Positions 12,957 to 23,938 of a DNA stretch of 64,000 bases are shown piece after piece. The first letter of the stretch is position 1. The number at the start of each line of letters is the position of its first letter. The notes beneath the pieces were generated by a model that saw only the letters and a list, made by a program, of their open reading frames with translations, did no database searches and had not been told where the DNA came from. Source of the stretch: Coniocarpon cinnabarinum (lineage: Eukaryota); contig JAVECO010000125.1 of NCBI GenBank assembly GCA_051942205.1, positions 1 through 64,000 of the forward strand, read 5' to 3'. Both the position numbers and the translations under genes were made by a program.

Positions 12957-14125
12957 ATGGCCACCGATCTCGCCAATAGACCCTATATTAATTATACACC
13001 AGATGTTGAGCAAAAACCGCCAAATGAGGATGAAGACATCCAGGCATGCGCCGACTTGATCAACACCATTCAAAAGGCCCAGTTTAATATGCACAGACAC
13101 TGTTACAGCGGTATGTTAGCCCACCAAAGTTGTCCCTGTGGAAGATTCATTGGGTGCAAGCTTTGTCCATGCTCGATCACGTCGCAGGAGGTTGACCAAG
13201 GTCAGGCACTCATGCACGCACGCAAGGCCTCGTCAAAGGTCGCTTCATTGTTGACAAGCTGCCTCCACATCTCGCTCAAGGTCCCCTCTTCGACCATCCT
13301 GCGGAGTATCCTGTTGCGGCCCGCTACTCGACTGAGCCAGGCGATCCCGGTCTCGATGATCGCATCCCTCAGCCTCGTGGCTTTGCCATGAAAGTCTTCA
13401 ACGTCTATGGTGAAATGTACGAAGCTGGGCGGAACATCCCCACACAAGACATCGAGTTCAACTCGACCCCAGCGCTGGACTTAGCCGACGCAAAGACCAC
13501 CAAGGAGATTCTCGAGTTGAGAGTCAAGTATGGTAGTAACCAGGCTGAGCTGTATAAGCACCTCGAGGCTCGCAAGGATACAGACCTCCAAAAGGCGCGC
13601 GACAAGGTGCATAACTCCCATTTGGAGAGTATCAACCAGTACAGTCAGACAGCATACCGCTTCGGCGACTACGTGATGAAGTACCGCCTCATCCCGGACA
13701 GCGAGACGCAGAAGAAGATGTATGAGGAACTTGTACAGCCCGCACACGGCTCAGACATTTTGCATCGCTGGCTGCAAGAGTTCTACACCAAGAACACTGC
13801 GCGCTACCTCTTCCAGGTGCAGCTGCTCGAAAACCAAGAAGACCAGCCGGTAGAATATGCAGGGAAAGTGTGGGACCCGGAGAAATATCCCTTCCAGACT
13901 GTGGCGAGGGTCGAGTTCCCGCCACAGGACAGCTTTGATTACGAGCGGAAGGCCTTTTGGGAGGATCACTTGAGAGTCGACCCGTTTCATGGACTGGTGG
14001 CGTACGCGCCTTTGGGCAGCCCGAATCGGTTGAGAAAGGTGGTATATCCAGCCAGCAGCGCGTTGCGCAGGAAGATGAATGGAAGGAAGGAGATCAATGC
14101 GAAGAACATTGACGAGATTCCGTGA
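12957..14125 (+). CDS. Small catalase-fold heme protein (catalase-related peroxidase / y4iL-like), 2 exons
   Basis: Intron 13111-13205 gives HRHCYSG|THARTQG (distal His); RYS..PRGFAMKV, DIEFNS (Asn), YSQTAYRFG, PLGSPNRLRKVVY (proximal Tyr). Confidence 0.85.
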
Positions 14126-14611
14126 TGGCAGTGTGACGTGGAATGGGCCTAGTTTGCAGTAAATGTATATACTTTGTTCTTGTTGTTCGCTGAGCACAGC
14201 CTCAAGTCTAATGACATTCGCGTTCCCAAAGCCACGGTTGCGACCGCGACAACTCGTCATGCCTTACAAAGCCGTTAATTGCCGGCTGACATGGGCTATC
14301 GCCTGCGATGATACTCGAGTCTCGGCGAAGAGCCTCCAGCCCACGGTAATTTGGTTGACAAAGGCACAGACATACCGGCGAAGCCCGTATGCGCTTCACA
14401 AAGCGTCAAATGGCGTAGTGGCAAACGCGCTGCAGCGGCGCGAATACCTGCGTTTCGCAACGCGAGGGCAAACAGCGGCTGAGCCTACATATTTAAGATC
14501 CAGTTCGCGCACTTCTGATCGGACTCACAGATTCATTCAACACTTTACTAGACATACCCAACTCTCCAGCACTCTAGACTGAGACTCTCCTTCCTCTCTT
14601 TTGACTTTAGC

Positions 14612-15436
14612 ATGGATTCCTATTCTGACATCGGATCTCCACGCATAGAACGTGGCCTATGTGACTTTCCACTAAAGTGGGTCGATGCAGACGGCAAACT
14701 GGGGCTTTCGAGCGATGAAAAAGAGGTAGCAAAGCGCGTTTTCATAAGCGCTTTCAACACTGGTCAAATCGACAAGTTCTGGAACGAGTCTGAAGAGGCC
14801 CCTCGAGCTCTTGCACCGGAGGCACTTCGAGTCGCTATTGCAGTTGCACAGCTTGCTGATCGTCTTCCGCACGAGGACGTTGACCACGCAATCATGCAGC
14901 ATCTCGTCAAAGTCCCCGAGTGGATGGCAGAGCCAGCAGACGCTGATCAAGAATTCCCAATGGTTGGAGCGTCGCCCGCGCAAGTCGCCAAGCTGCATCG
15001 TTTCTCGCGGAATCCTCTTCTTGCGAAGCTTCTGAAACAGATACTGCAGAATTGTGAATCTGGGCGCGGCGGCGAAGCGATCAAACTCATAGCGAGCAAG
15101 ATCTCGGACTGGAAGAACACGATTGACTTCAGCCATAACAGTGATCTTCAGTACTACCAGATTGTCGAGGGGTCCACCAAACTGCAGTACCAGATATATC
15201 GAGAGTTCTTGTACGGCGACCGTCGGTTAATGTGTCCCTTTTGCGGGATCGTCAGTCACTTCAAGTTCGATCATGCTGGAAATGTCGATGCGTGGTATCC
15301 TTACGGGAATAGATTCGATGAGCACGACCGATCTCTGACCAAAGGACGGAGTCCAAGCCTCAAATGCTGCAGGTGTTTGGAAGAATCGCACCGTGAACTC
15401 TTCCTTGTGAAATGGATGCAGCCTTTTCGACCTTGA
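14612..15436 (+). CDS. Hypothetical protein: degenerate C-terminal half of a BTB-like fold plus C-terminal CxxC..CxxC
   Basis: 274-aa ATG ORF; LGLSSDEKEVAKRVF and AQLADRL resemble LDLSADNEEAVKEM and SELADRF of the neighbouring BTB gene; CPFC..CCRC. Confidence 0.65.
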   Translation: MDSYSDIGSPRIERGLCDFPLKWVDADGKLGLSSDEKEVAKRVFISAFNTGQIDKFWNESEEAPRALAPEALRVAIAVAQLADRLPHEDVDHAIMQHLVKVPEWMAEPADADQEFPMVGASPAQVAKLHRFSRNPLLAKLLKQILQNCESGRGGEAIKLIASKISDWKNTIDFSHNSDLQYYQIVEGSTKLQYQIYREFLYGDRRLMCPFCGIVSHFKFDHAGNVDAWYPYGNRFDEHDRSLTKGRSPSLKCCRCLEESHRELFLVKWMQPFRP

Positions 15437-16270
15437 TGCCGACCGAGAAAATAAGCTGTGCCATCATTCCAGCCGGCAAACGAAGGGACTTCTGCAGCGA
15501 GTAGATCTGCATCATATCAGCAATCGAGCGAGAGATTGGTGGCCTTAACTCCACATTGAGATGTTGGCCTGGCTTCGCAACCGCTTCAGCCATCTATCTG
15601 ATACTTATTGAATACCACGAACAATATACTACCATTCAATATCTACTAGTGTAGGTGCTTTCACACGTATTACTGGCAACCACTGTTCATGTCGTGGCTT
15701 ATGAGTATGTGTTACGTAGTGTGCGAAACGGCACTAAAGTTTCCTTTGTCTCTTACCTCGCGTCTGTGAACTTCCACCTGCGTCTCTAAGTTCTGTGACT
15801 TCTCTGCTAATTGTCGAGGTCTTGCGCTTTGTTCGTTGAGTCTTCCATGTTCCTCAATTCCTTCCTAGAAATGGAAATAGCTTTCCGTTCGAGTCAGTGT
15901 ATCTCGGTGTAAGCTGCGGCATATCCATGTAAGAGGCATTCAATGCGCGAGGATTCAGGGATATTGAGGGATGCCCACAGAGATATTCGAGAACGTCTCG
16001 AAGGTACAGGCGAATATCGACGCATCATGTACATGCTTTGGCTAGCAGCACTAGTATCGCCTGATGCTTGAGCTGCTTCCGCAGCAAACATCGCACCAGC
16101 TGCTGCGCATTTCCTGTCTGCCCACTGTGCATCGTCTTATCTCACTACACAATAGCACCAGTGCCTATGCGTCGGCTTGGGGATCGATACTTTGGTGGCG
16201 ACTTGTTTGAGAGCTGTTCGAAGAGACGACATACTTTCAACAACTCATCAACCTAACAACAGGAATCAAC

Positions 16271-17209
16271 ATGGCCTTCGCACCCTCATCTGCTACATCA
16301 TTTGCTGGTCTTCTCAATGATCAGGCGACATCTGATTTCACAATCGTCTGCCAGGGTCAGAGATTTTATGTTCACAAGCTTCTGATCGCACACCGAAGCG
16401 AATATTTTCGGCGCATGCTGCGCAATCCTAGTTTCTACGAAAACGACCATGACCTCCTCGATCTCTCAGCCGACAACGAGGAAGCCGTCAAGGAAATGCC
16501 ACTGGCAGATGATGATCCCTGTCTGGTATTTGCCCTTCTGAAGGTCATCTACACCTTCGAGTGCCCGTCTTACTTCGAGGCGCGGACGGAGACGGGTAAA
16601 TACCAGGCAAGAAAGGATGTTGCAGGAGAACTCGACGAGATCGTCTTCTATACGCGAGTCTCGGAACTCGCAGATCGTTTTACCGTCACGGGAGTCGACT
16701 CTGTGTTGGCGAAAAAGATCTTTTTCGAAGGCAATAATCTTCTCAAGGATTACGAAACCGCCAACATGCGTGGCTCACCAGCATTTCGTTCCGACGTAGC
16801 CTTCCTCGATGCAATCTCGACGTGGTTTGTCAATTCCGGACGAAATGGGAGCCCCGAGGCTCGGCAGCTCATTGCAGGGTGGTTGGTAGATCACCAACAC
16901 ACCTTAAAAGCAGATGGATTCATGCGACAGATCCTGAACATTCCAGAACTCGGGGCCGCGCTTGCTGGGGAGCAGCTGAAGGGGCAAGTGCGACTGCAAT
17001 GCCCAATGTGTCACATTGTCATTCGAGTTCCTTCAAGCGTTGAAGTTGATGAGAACGATGAGTGGCCTGTGGCTTCACTCGATTGGGAGGCATGTCTGTC
17101 GAAGAATGACGTAAAAGAGTGTTCGAGTTGTAGGGAGCGCCATATATTGATACTGTGGCACCGTTCTTGGCATGGTGAGCGTGGGCCTTACCTTCCAAAA
17201 GGATGGTGA
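16271..17209 (+). CDS. BTB/POZ domain protein with C-terminal Zn-ribbon-like motif
   Basis: SDFTIVCQGQRFYVHKLLIAHRSEYFRRML, DDDP..VFALLKVIYT, LADRF, IPELGAAL; CPMC..CSSC. Confidence 0.88.
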   Translation: MAFAPSSATSFAGLLNDQATSDFTIVCQGQRFYVHKLLIAHRSEYFRRMLRNPSFYENDHDLLDLSADNEEAVKEMPLADDDPCLVFALLKVIYTFECPSYFEARTETGKYQARKDVAGELDEIVFYTRVSELADRFTVTGVDSVLAKKIFFEGNNLLKDYETANMRGSPAFRSDVAFLDAISTWFVNSGRNGSPEARQLIAGWLVDHQHTLKADGFMRQILNIPELGAALAGEQLKGQVRLQCPMCHIVIRVPSSVEVDENDEWPVASLDWEACLSKNDVKECSSCRERHILILWHRSWHGERGPYLPKGW

Positions 17210-18339
17210 AAGTTGCGCTCAAGCAGGATTAATCGAGTATGTCAGACATGTGGGCGTATCGGCCGCCCCGGGCATGAACGATGGAACAATGGTTTAACGC
17301 GCACTTCAACGTGACGTCGGAGTGTACTTTGCTTTTCTGTGATATTAGCACTTACTGGAAGTCAAATCTTTGCCTGTCTTGAATCGCTGCACTGCCATCC
17401 CTTACTTCGATACACGATGCGTGCTCAGGCAAGCTTAAATGCTGTGATTGCAAAGTTGTGACATTGGTTCGCACGACAATCGACGGTACATCGACAGTAG
17501 ATAGGGATCACAGGAACTGTTTTACTTGGACTTCTGGCATTGCGATCATTGCATGTCGCAGAGTCGTCTTCTCATGAGCAGCTGCACTTTCGTCTCGAAA
17601 TTCAGCTGTTCAATAGGTATTCCTCAAAGCAACATGACAGTGGCATTACAAACGTCCGAGGGAAGTTAATGGGACCTAAGGTTGCCTAGTTAGGCATGTG
17701 CGTACGGAATGCATGTTCTTGCATTTCTTGGCACGAACTTCCTATGCCTGCTACGACCTGCTTCCCTCTATGAAGTACTATGCATGTTCTGCCCTAACAC
17801 TTTATATGTTTCTGGCTTAGTTACTCCTCGCTGGCTGCTGAATAAATGGTCAGCTGTTCGGACGTCGAAGGAGGCGGCGCGTCTCCGCATACGGCGCTGG
17901 AATCACCTCGGCTTCACCAAGATGTTGGCGGCGCCCAGTACACAGCACACCGAGTGTATGACTCAGACTTGCCTCCGCCTGCGGGTTCAGCACCACCGAC
18001 CATGAGCGAGACTGCGGATGCAATTGCGGCAGCGATCCATCGGTCGCACGCGCATCGTCTACATACTACTTAAGTGTTACCTACGTGTACTCAACTTCCA
18101 CCCCTTGCCTGAAACCCCTTCCATGAATCAATCATGAACGGGGCCATGTGACAGGAATCAGGAGACGAAGACTTAGAAAGCACGACCAGTAAGTGAGGTC
18201 TACATCGGAGATAGATCCGTCTGTCTCATTGAACTATCTATCTGCTTGTCAAAGTATTGTTGCGTCCACACTCGGCAAGTGCAGGCGACATGGTAGAATT
18301 CGGACTTCTCAAGTCATTCTGGCCAATACATATGCTTCC

Positions 18340-20071
18340 CTAGCGACGGCTTCGGTGATCATCTCGACGACCTCGCTCATTTCCACCACGATCGTCCCGA
18401 CCATTTCCACCCCTCGGGCCGGCAGTTGAGTAGTAGGAAACATTCCGGTAGGATTCGCCGTCGGAAGAGCCGCCATGGCCGCCAAAGAAACCGGTATCCG
18501 AGTGAGCTGGATAGCTTGATGGCGATGACCCGCGGCTATAGGCCATACGAGTATTGCTGTCGCTCCGGCGGTGGCGCGAGGCCGAACGGCCGCGCTGTTC
18601 TTGAGCAGGTTGCGACTGTTGTGATCGAGATCGAGGTCGAGAGTGGGACCTAGATCGAGTCTCCTGGTGGAAAGTACGGGACCGGGACTGAGAGCGGCCG
18701 CGCGGTGGATCTTCAGCCGGACGGCGTCGCGAACTCCTCGATCGCGGACGAGATTGAGGATATGTGCTGCTGACGAATTCAACGCCCGATCGCTTTTCAG
18801 CTGCTTCTTTCTCTGCCCGGCGCCGCTGACGCTCTTCGAGTCCCTCTGGATGTTTTTTCTGTCACGGACAATGCATCAGTGCTCTGTATATCTGGGCTGA
18901 TTGATGTCTTGCTTACATCGTATTGTTCTCGCTTTGACTTTGCATTTCTCTGACGATCGTGTTCAGATGTCTTATGAGGTGCGCCGGCGCCAGCGGCAGC
19001 CTTCTCTGCCCGGCGCTGTTGACGCGCTTCTAAGCCCTCGGGATGTTTTCTCTAACGACGTATTAGTGCTCTGTACACTTGGGCTAATTGATGCCTTACA
19101 TCGTATTCTTCCAGGAAGATCCGATTCTTTCTCTTTCGAGAAGCTGGAGTTGTCTTATAAGGTTCACCATCCGGTCGAAAGCCCCTACAAACAATGGGTC
19201 AGCACATAGAATCATGGTACTTTGCTCCAAAGCACGGCATTTCGTACCACTGTCCCACTGGCTGGGTTTTCTCACTCTCCAATCGCTGGGTTCTCTCACT
19301 CTCCAATCGCCGATTGGCTTCAAGATTTCGTATTCCTGCTTGCGGAACCGTCTACGGCAGGTAAGTCTTATCCCGTGTCAAATTCTATCACCAGAGGTAA
19401 GCTCACCAATTGTTTGAGATCTCTGCAATCGGGCCATCAGCGCTAAATTCGAAGTAGCTATGTGAAGACACAAGTCTGCACTCACAGATTGGACGTTGGA
19501 TCTGCATTGAAAGCATCTTCCTTGCCAACGACTGCTCCAGAGCTCTCTGACTCGGGGCGCATAAAGCGGCTGCCAGCCGGAACGCTTCGGTCTTTGAACA
19601 CAGAGTCACCAGCATATCGTGAAAAGGTTTCAAATTGCCCCCCTGTGGACCCGCGACTGAGATATCCACCACCGCTTGATCGTGTGTTCCCGGTTCCTCT
19701 GTCCTCAGTAGACTGTTGTGATGAATCCGGAAGACCAGCTGTTCAGAACGTCAGAAGAGAGGCTTCACCAAAAAAACAGTGCTCTTGCTACAGCCCACTT
19801 ACATTCTCTCGGCTTCGCTCCTGGCACCCAACCAAAGGGATCCGTCAACACGTTCCAGTCGAAGCTCTCACCCTCGGCCGCACGTTGCTCTTGTAGGCAG
19901 CCTATATGAGTGTAGCTCACGTCGAAGCGCATCCCCGGCGGGCACATTGGCTCGTGATAGATTGACTTCTCTCTCACCTCTCCACCACAGCGATCGCAAC
20001 TATTCGCGTCAGAAAACATACTGGTGTTCCACTGCGAAAATCGTGCACGCTTACCGCGCAATGTAGCACAT
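18340..20071 (-). CDS. Unannotated 8-exon protein (~441 aa): N-terminal Cys/His motif, internal repeats, RS/RGG-rich tail
   Basis: Hand-built exons 20071-20055, 19999-19803, 19738-19486, 19422-19407, 19351-19248, 19184-19100, 19051-18917, 18858-18340; seven 48-64 nt GT-AG introns; total 1326 nt with no internal stop. Confidence 0.72.
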
Positions 20072-20751
20072 CTTGTTGCAAGGACGTCCTTGACAGGGAG
20101 GTGGTTGTTCTCCAACTCGATCTTGTTGATGAAATGTGGACGGACTCGGAATGCATACTCCAACATCTAGTTTTGTGTGCGTTGACGGAAGGGCAAAGCC
20201 ACATAGTGCTAAGCACAGTGCTAAGCACAGGTGTCATCTCGAAGCACAGAGTGAAATCATGGAAATCAACACTAGTCTAGAAGCATGAGTCTATCATCGA
20301 GTCCTTGCCTCGAGTTCGAGGGATGAATTGTGAAGAGGACAGCCGCGTCCTCGCAGATCTTCATGACTGAACCTAAACAAAGAGGATGTACGATCAGGAA
20401 TTCTGACGAGATTCGACCTCGACAGAGTGATCAAACCCTAGGCTTCGACTTCATTGCCGTCTACGTGGCCATCAAGTCCAAGCTTTCCTATCGAATGCAG
20501 CAGGCAGAAGCAGGATATGTGGTCATGCTGCGTCCAGCTCTGTAAGTATTCCGTGTTTTTATCGAAAGACAAAGACTCGCCTGAGGTATCATGGTCACCT
20601 GTGCCTGCAGGCAATGATGGTCACCATCATGACGGATACTTAAGGGTCGGCGGGATGTAGAAACATCGAGTTTTCGTACAAAACACATCCACCATTACAA
20701 CTAGATCACAATCAAGTCAGACGTACACGGTACACTCGAGAGCTTGTGACC

Positions 20752-22332
20752 ATGTGCAGAAGAATTACGTAAGTAGTTATTACCGACCAGGCTCATGGCC
20801 CTTAGTAGCCGCTATTGACGATCTTAGATGTCTTTGGTGCAAGCAACCGACAGGTGAATTCTACACCTGTGGGAGGAATGGTGACTACTTTTGTGGCAGA
20901 TATGAGGGTGCTCCAGATCCGTCAGGAAGACATGAAACATGCACCTTTCCAACTTTCCACACGCCTACTCCAGCACCTCAGACTCCAGCACCTCGCACTC
21001 CTGCATCTCGGACTCCAGCTCCTCAGACTCCAGCTTCTCGGACTCCAGCTCCTCAGACTCCAGCTCCTCAGACTCCAGCTCCTCAGACTCCAGCTCCTCG
21101 GACTCCAGCTTCCCAGACTCGCGCTTTCCTGATTCCCGCTGCTCAGACTCCAGCTTCTCGGACTCCAGCCCCTCAGACTCCAACTCCTCAGACCCCAGCT
21201 TCTCAGACTCGCGCTTTCCTGATTCCCGCTGCTCAGACTCCCGATCAGACTCCTGCTCAAACCACGCGACCTTCGGGATCTTCAGGACCAGGTGGAGCAG
21301 CTGGTTTGTCTCTCATCGCGACGTTCGAAGTGTCGTTCTAACATTTCCATAGAGCATGTTACAACTGGCCAGGCAGGTTCTGCCCGCGCTGCACAGAAAT
21401 TGGCTACAAGAGAAGCACCTTGTAAGTACCCAGATGCATGTCTTTGATGTTGAGATCACTGCCGCTGACGCTGTACAAAAAGGGGGTTTCGAGGACGACG
21501 TAAGTCCTCTCTCCAAAGCCTATAGAGCAACTGATACGTTTTGCTGACATTCATTCCCAAGGGAGTGACGCCGGCTGCTCCATGTAAGTAGACTCTGAAT
21601 GTCTTTCTCAGAGTGGAAGGGATATTAGTACTGACTTTGGCTTTTAGACGGCTATAACAGAGGTGAGTATATAATATTTATCCCAATATCATCACATGAG
21701 GGAAAAGCTTGTATTAACCAAGATCTCGCCAGACGGAAAGCCCAAAGAAAAGCTCGTCAAACCTAGTGAAGCCCAGAAAGCTGCAGCACGTGATCATGTC
21801 AAGCGCAATCGTCCCTTCGGTGTTCAAGATAGCGTGAGTACCTATTCGGTGACTTAGAGCTCGACACGATCTTTTGTCAACTAATGTTTGTGTTGATCAG
21901 GGGAAACCATATTTTCATCCCCCGCGGCAGCGAGCGTCCGCGGCGCCAGTTCGAGAGAAGCAGGAGAGAGTACGTGAAGATCATGAGCGAGCGTACAGAT
22001 TGCTGGAAGAGAAATACTCGGGCGGCAGAGGCCGCTCGCAGTCGCGATCACGTGGTCAGCAGGAAGAACAGACAACCCGATCAGAGTCTCGCCAGCGAGC
22101 CCGATCTTCGTCTCGACGTCCCGAATCACGCAGTCGACGTAGCGCGAGTGCGACGAGACACGCACCGGGAGCCGGCGAAGGCGATCGCGGGAGCCGACGT
22201 GCACCATCAGCGAGCAGAGAGCATGAAGGCTCCTACTATTCATCCAGCGTCTGGGGCCAGCCTGGTCGTCGAGATCGGCGACGAAAGGGCAGCCGAAGCC
22301 GCAGCCGGGAAGACAGACATCGACGCCGTTGA
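20752..22332 (+). CDS. Unannotated 8-exon protein (~382 aa): N-terminal Cys/His motif, PAPQT repeat, microexon-coded motifs, RS-rich tail
   Basis: Hand-built exons 20752-20768, 20828-21303, 21353-21421, 21483-21499, 21562-21583, 21648-21662, 21733-21833, 21901-22332; seven 49-70 nt GT-AG introns with branch-like sites; total 1149 nt with no internal stop. Confidence 0.78.
20967..21260 (+). repeat. Coding 15-bp minisatellite (ACTCCAGCTCCTCAG; TPAPQ/TPASR)
   Basis: Directly visible tandem array, with a higher-order 90-bp duplication (21114 and 21204). Confidence 0.95.
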
Positions 22333-22507
22333 AGGTTCGCATACTGATTCGTGGACAAGACCGAAGAGTGGATGCGGATGGGGTACACTCGCTTGAACGG
22401 AATGCAGAGCAGGGGACGCAGGATCTTGTTCGTCTCTTCTGTGAGCGACTGAGTGTGAAGCCGCAGTGATGGTGAGGATTTCTGGACAGCGGACTCATGG
22501 AGCAAAA

Positions 22508-22701
22508 GGCATGCCCGTAATGGAGGTAGGCCACTGAAAAACTCCAAGAATATGATTGATCGCGGATGCAGACTCTGGGGGCAAGCCCGTAATGGAGGTG
22601 GGCCACTGGGAGTCTCAAAGAATACGATCGTTGGCAGATTCATAGACCAAGGGGCAAGCCCGTAATGGAGGTAGGCCACTAGGAATCTCAGAGAATATGA
22701 T
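22508..22701. repeat. Three-copy direct repeat, period 72-73 bp, core GCCCGTAATGGAGGTRGGCCACT
   Basis: Core copies start at 22513, 22585 and 22658, each followed by ..AGAATAYGAT. Confidence 0.92.
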
Positions 22702-23912
22702 CTGCAACGCTTTGATGTTATGCGCCCGCGTTTGAGCCTGTGTCAAATTGATACCAAGAATATTTCGCTCGCTCCACCTCATTGCTGCTATTCGGGGCCA
22801 GTCTTGGACGCACAAGCGCTGTATGACAAAAGTACGCCATCAAGCAGGTATGACAATTAGCCGGGCACGTGAAATTACCCACTTCTGACATTGTACTTGC
22901 TCGTCGTGATCCTCGGAGAAGTATATCACTCAGCACACTTTGAATACTCTACGTGTCTAGAGAGATTAGAATGGGCCACAGCGGCCATTATTCCTGGAAT
23001 TTGTTAAAGCGCCCTTTATACAATGCTGCCTCGCCCGTTGTCGTATGTAATAAGCCGCCCACATGCTTCATGGAGCATACCTGCTTTCTCGTCATTTCAT
23101 AGCTCACCGGTATACTTCACACCCTTGATTATCCCTCACGCGGGGCTGAACACAGCCACGATCTTTTTGATCTTGCATGATCCCTCTTTGAACTCTGTCG
23201 TTTCACTAATGAATACATTAGTCGCATTTAGTCCCAAGACTCCTGCGGAGGCCGTATAATTGGCCTGTGTCGTCGTGCTGTTCAGATTCGCAATCACCAG
23301 GTTTTGCCGCGAGCCATTGAGCGCGACAGCGGAAGCACCATTGACGATGGAATCGCGAAGCGTTTCCGCATTGGTTGCAGTGGGAATAAGAACCCCAGGA
23401 GGGCCTCTACTTTAGGTTCAGTGTGCGCAAAATGCTGGCGGAGAGCGTACGAAACCAAGGCCGAATCAAGGAAGATGACGTAGAGAGGAGAACGCAGGGA
23501 GGAGACTACAAAAAACAGCACTGCAACTCACTCGAGTCTAAAAACATCATCTTCCAATGGGATCGCTGCGGCCGCTGCAGGAGTCTTTTCGAAGAGCGCA
23601 TCGACGTATGAGCGCGTCGAGTCAATGTGGCAGGCAGGCGGTGTCTGCGTCGCAACGATGGCACTGGAGAGTAGCTGGATCGCACAGATGAAGCACGCCT
23701 TCGCTTTCACACTCATGATGACCGTGGCTTCGCGATCACATAAAGCTCCTCAAGTTCGCAATAATGATGTGCGCGCGTTCTATTCGTGTACTGTTTTCGC
23801 ATGAAGTTGATGTGATACGTACCAAGCTATACCCAAGCGGGAGTTGGTGGCGAGGGTGATAGCCAGAACCAGTCATGGGGTCCGGTCCTACGTGCATAGC
23901 GAGGCGCAACTC

Positions 23913-23938
23913 TGAGCCGTGAGCCGTGAGCCGTGAGC
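23913..23938. repeat. 7-bp microrepeat (TGAGCCG)x3+
   Basis: tgagccgtgagccgtgagccgtgagc. Confidence 0.85.

Noticed and set aside
19765..20166. 133-aa single-exon ORF from ATG 20166
   Set aside because: It reads through a well-formed GTAAGC..CTGAC..TAG intron; the ATG 20071 model matches the paralog's 17-nt first exon. It remains a possible alternative isoform
20815..21352. Alternative-frame repeat ORFs (poly-LQLLR, SSSSD, ESEEL, RSWSL)
   Set aside because: By-products of the stop-free 15-bp minisatellite; only the TPAPQ frame fits both flanking splice phases
22508..22701. CRISPR-like repeat-spacer appearance
   Set aside because: Eukaryotic context, no cas genes, only three units, and the linkers are partly similar to each other
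23281..23740. Short Cys-containing ORF fragments in the island
   Set aside because: I could not assemble a consistent spliced frame; a possible relic, but unsupported
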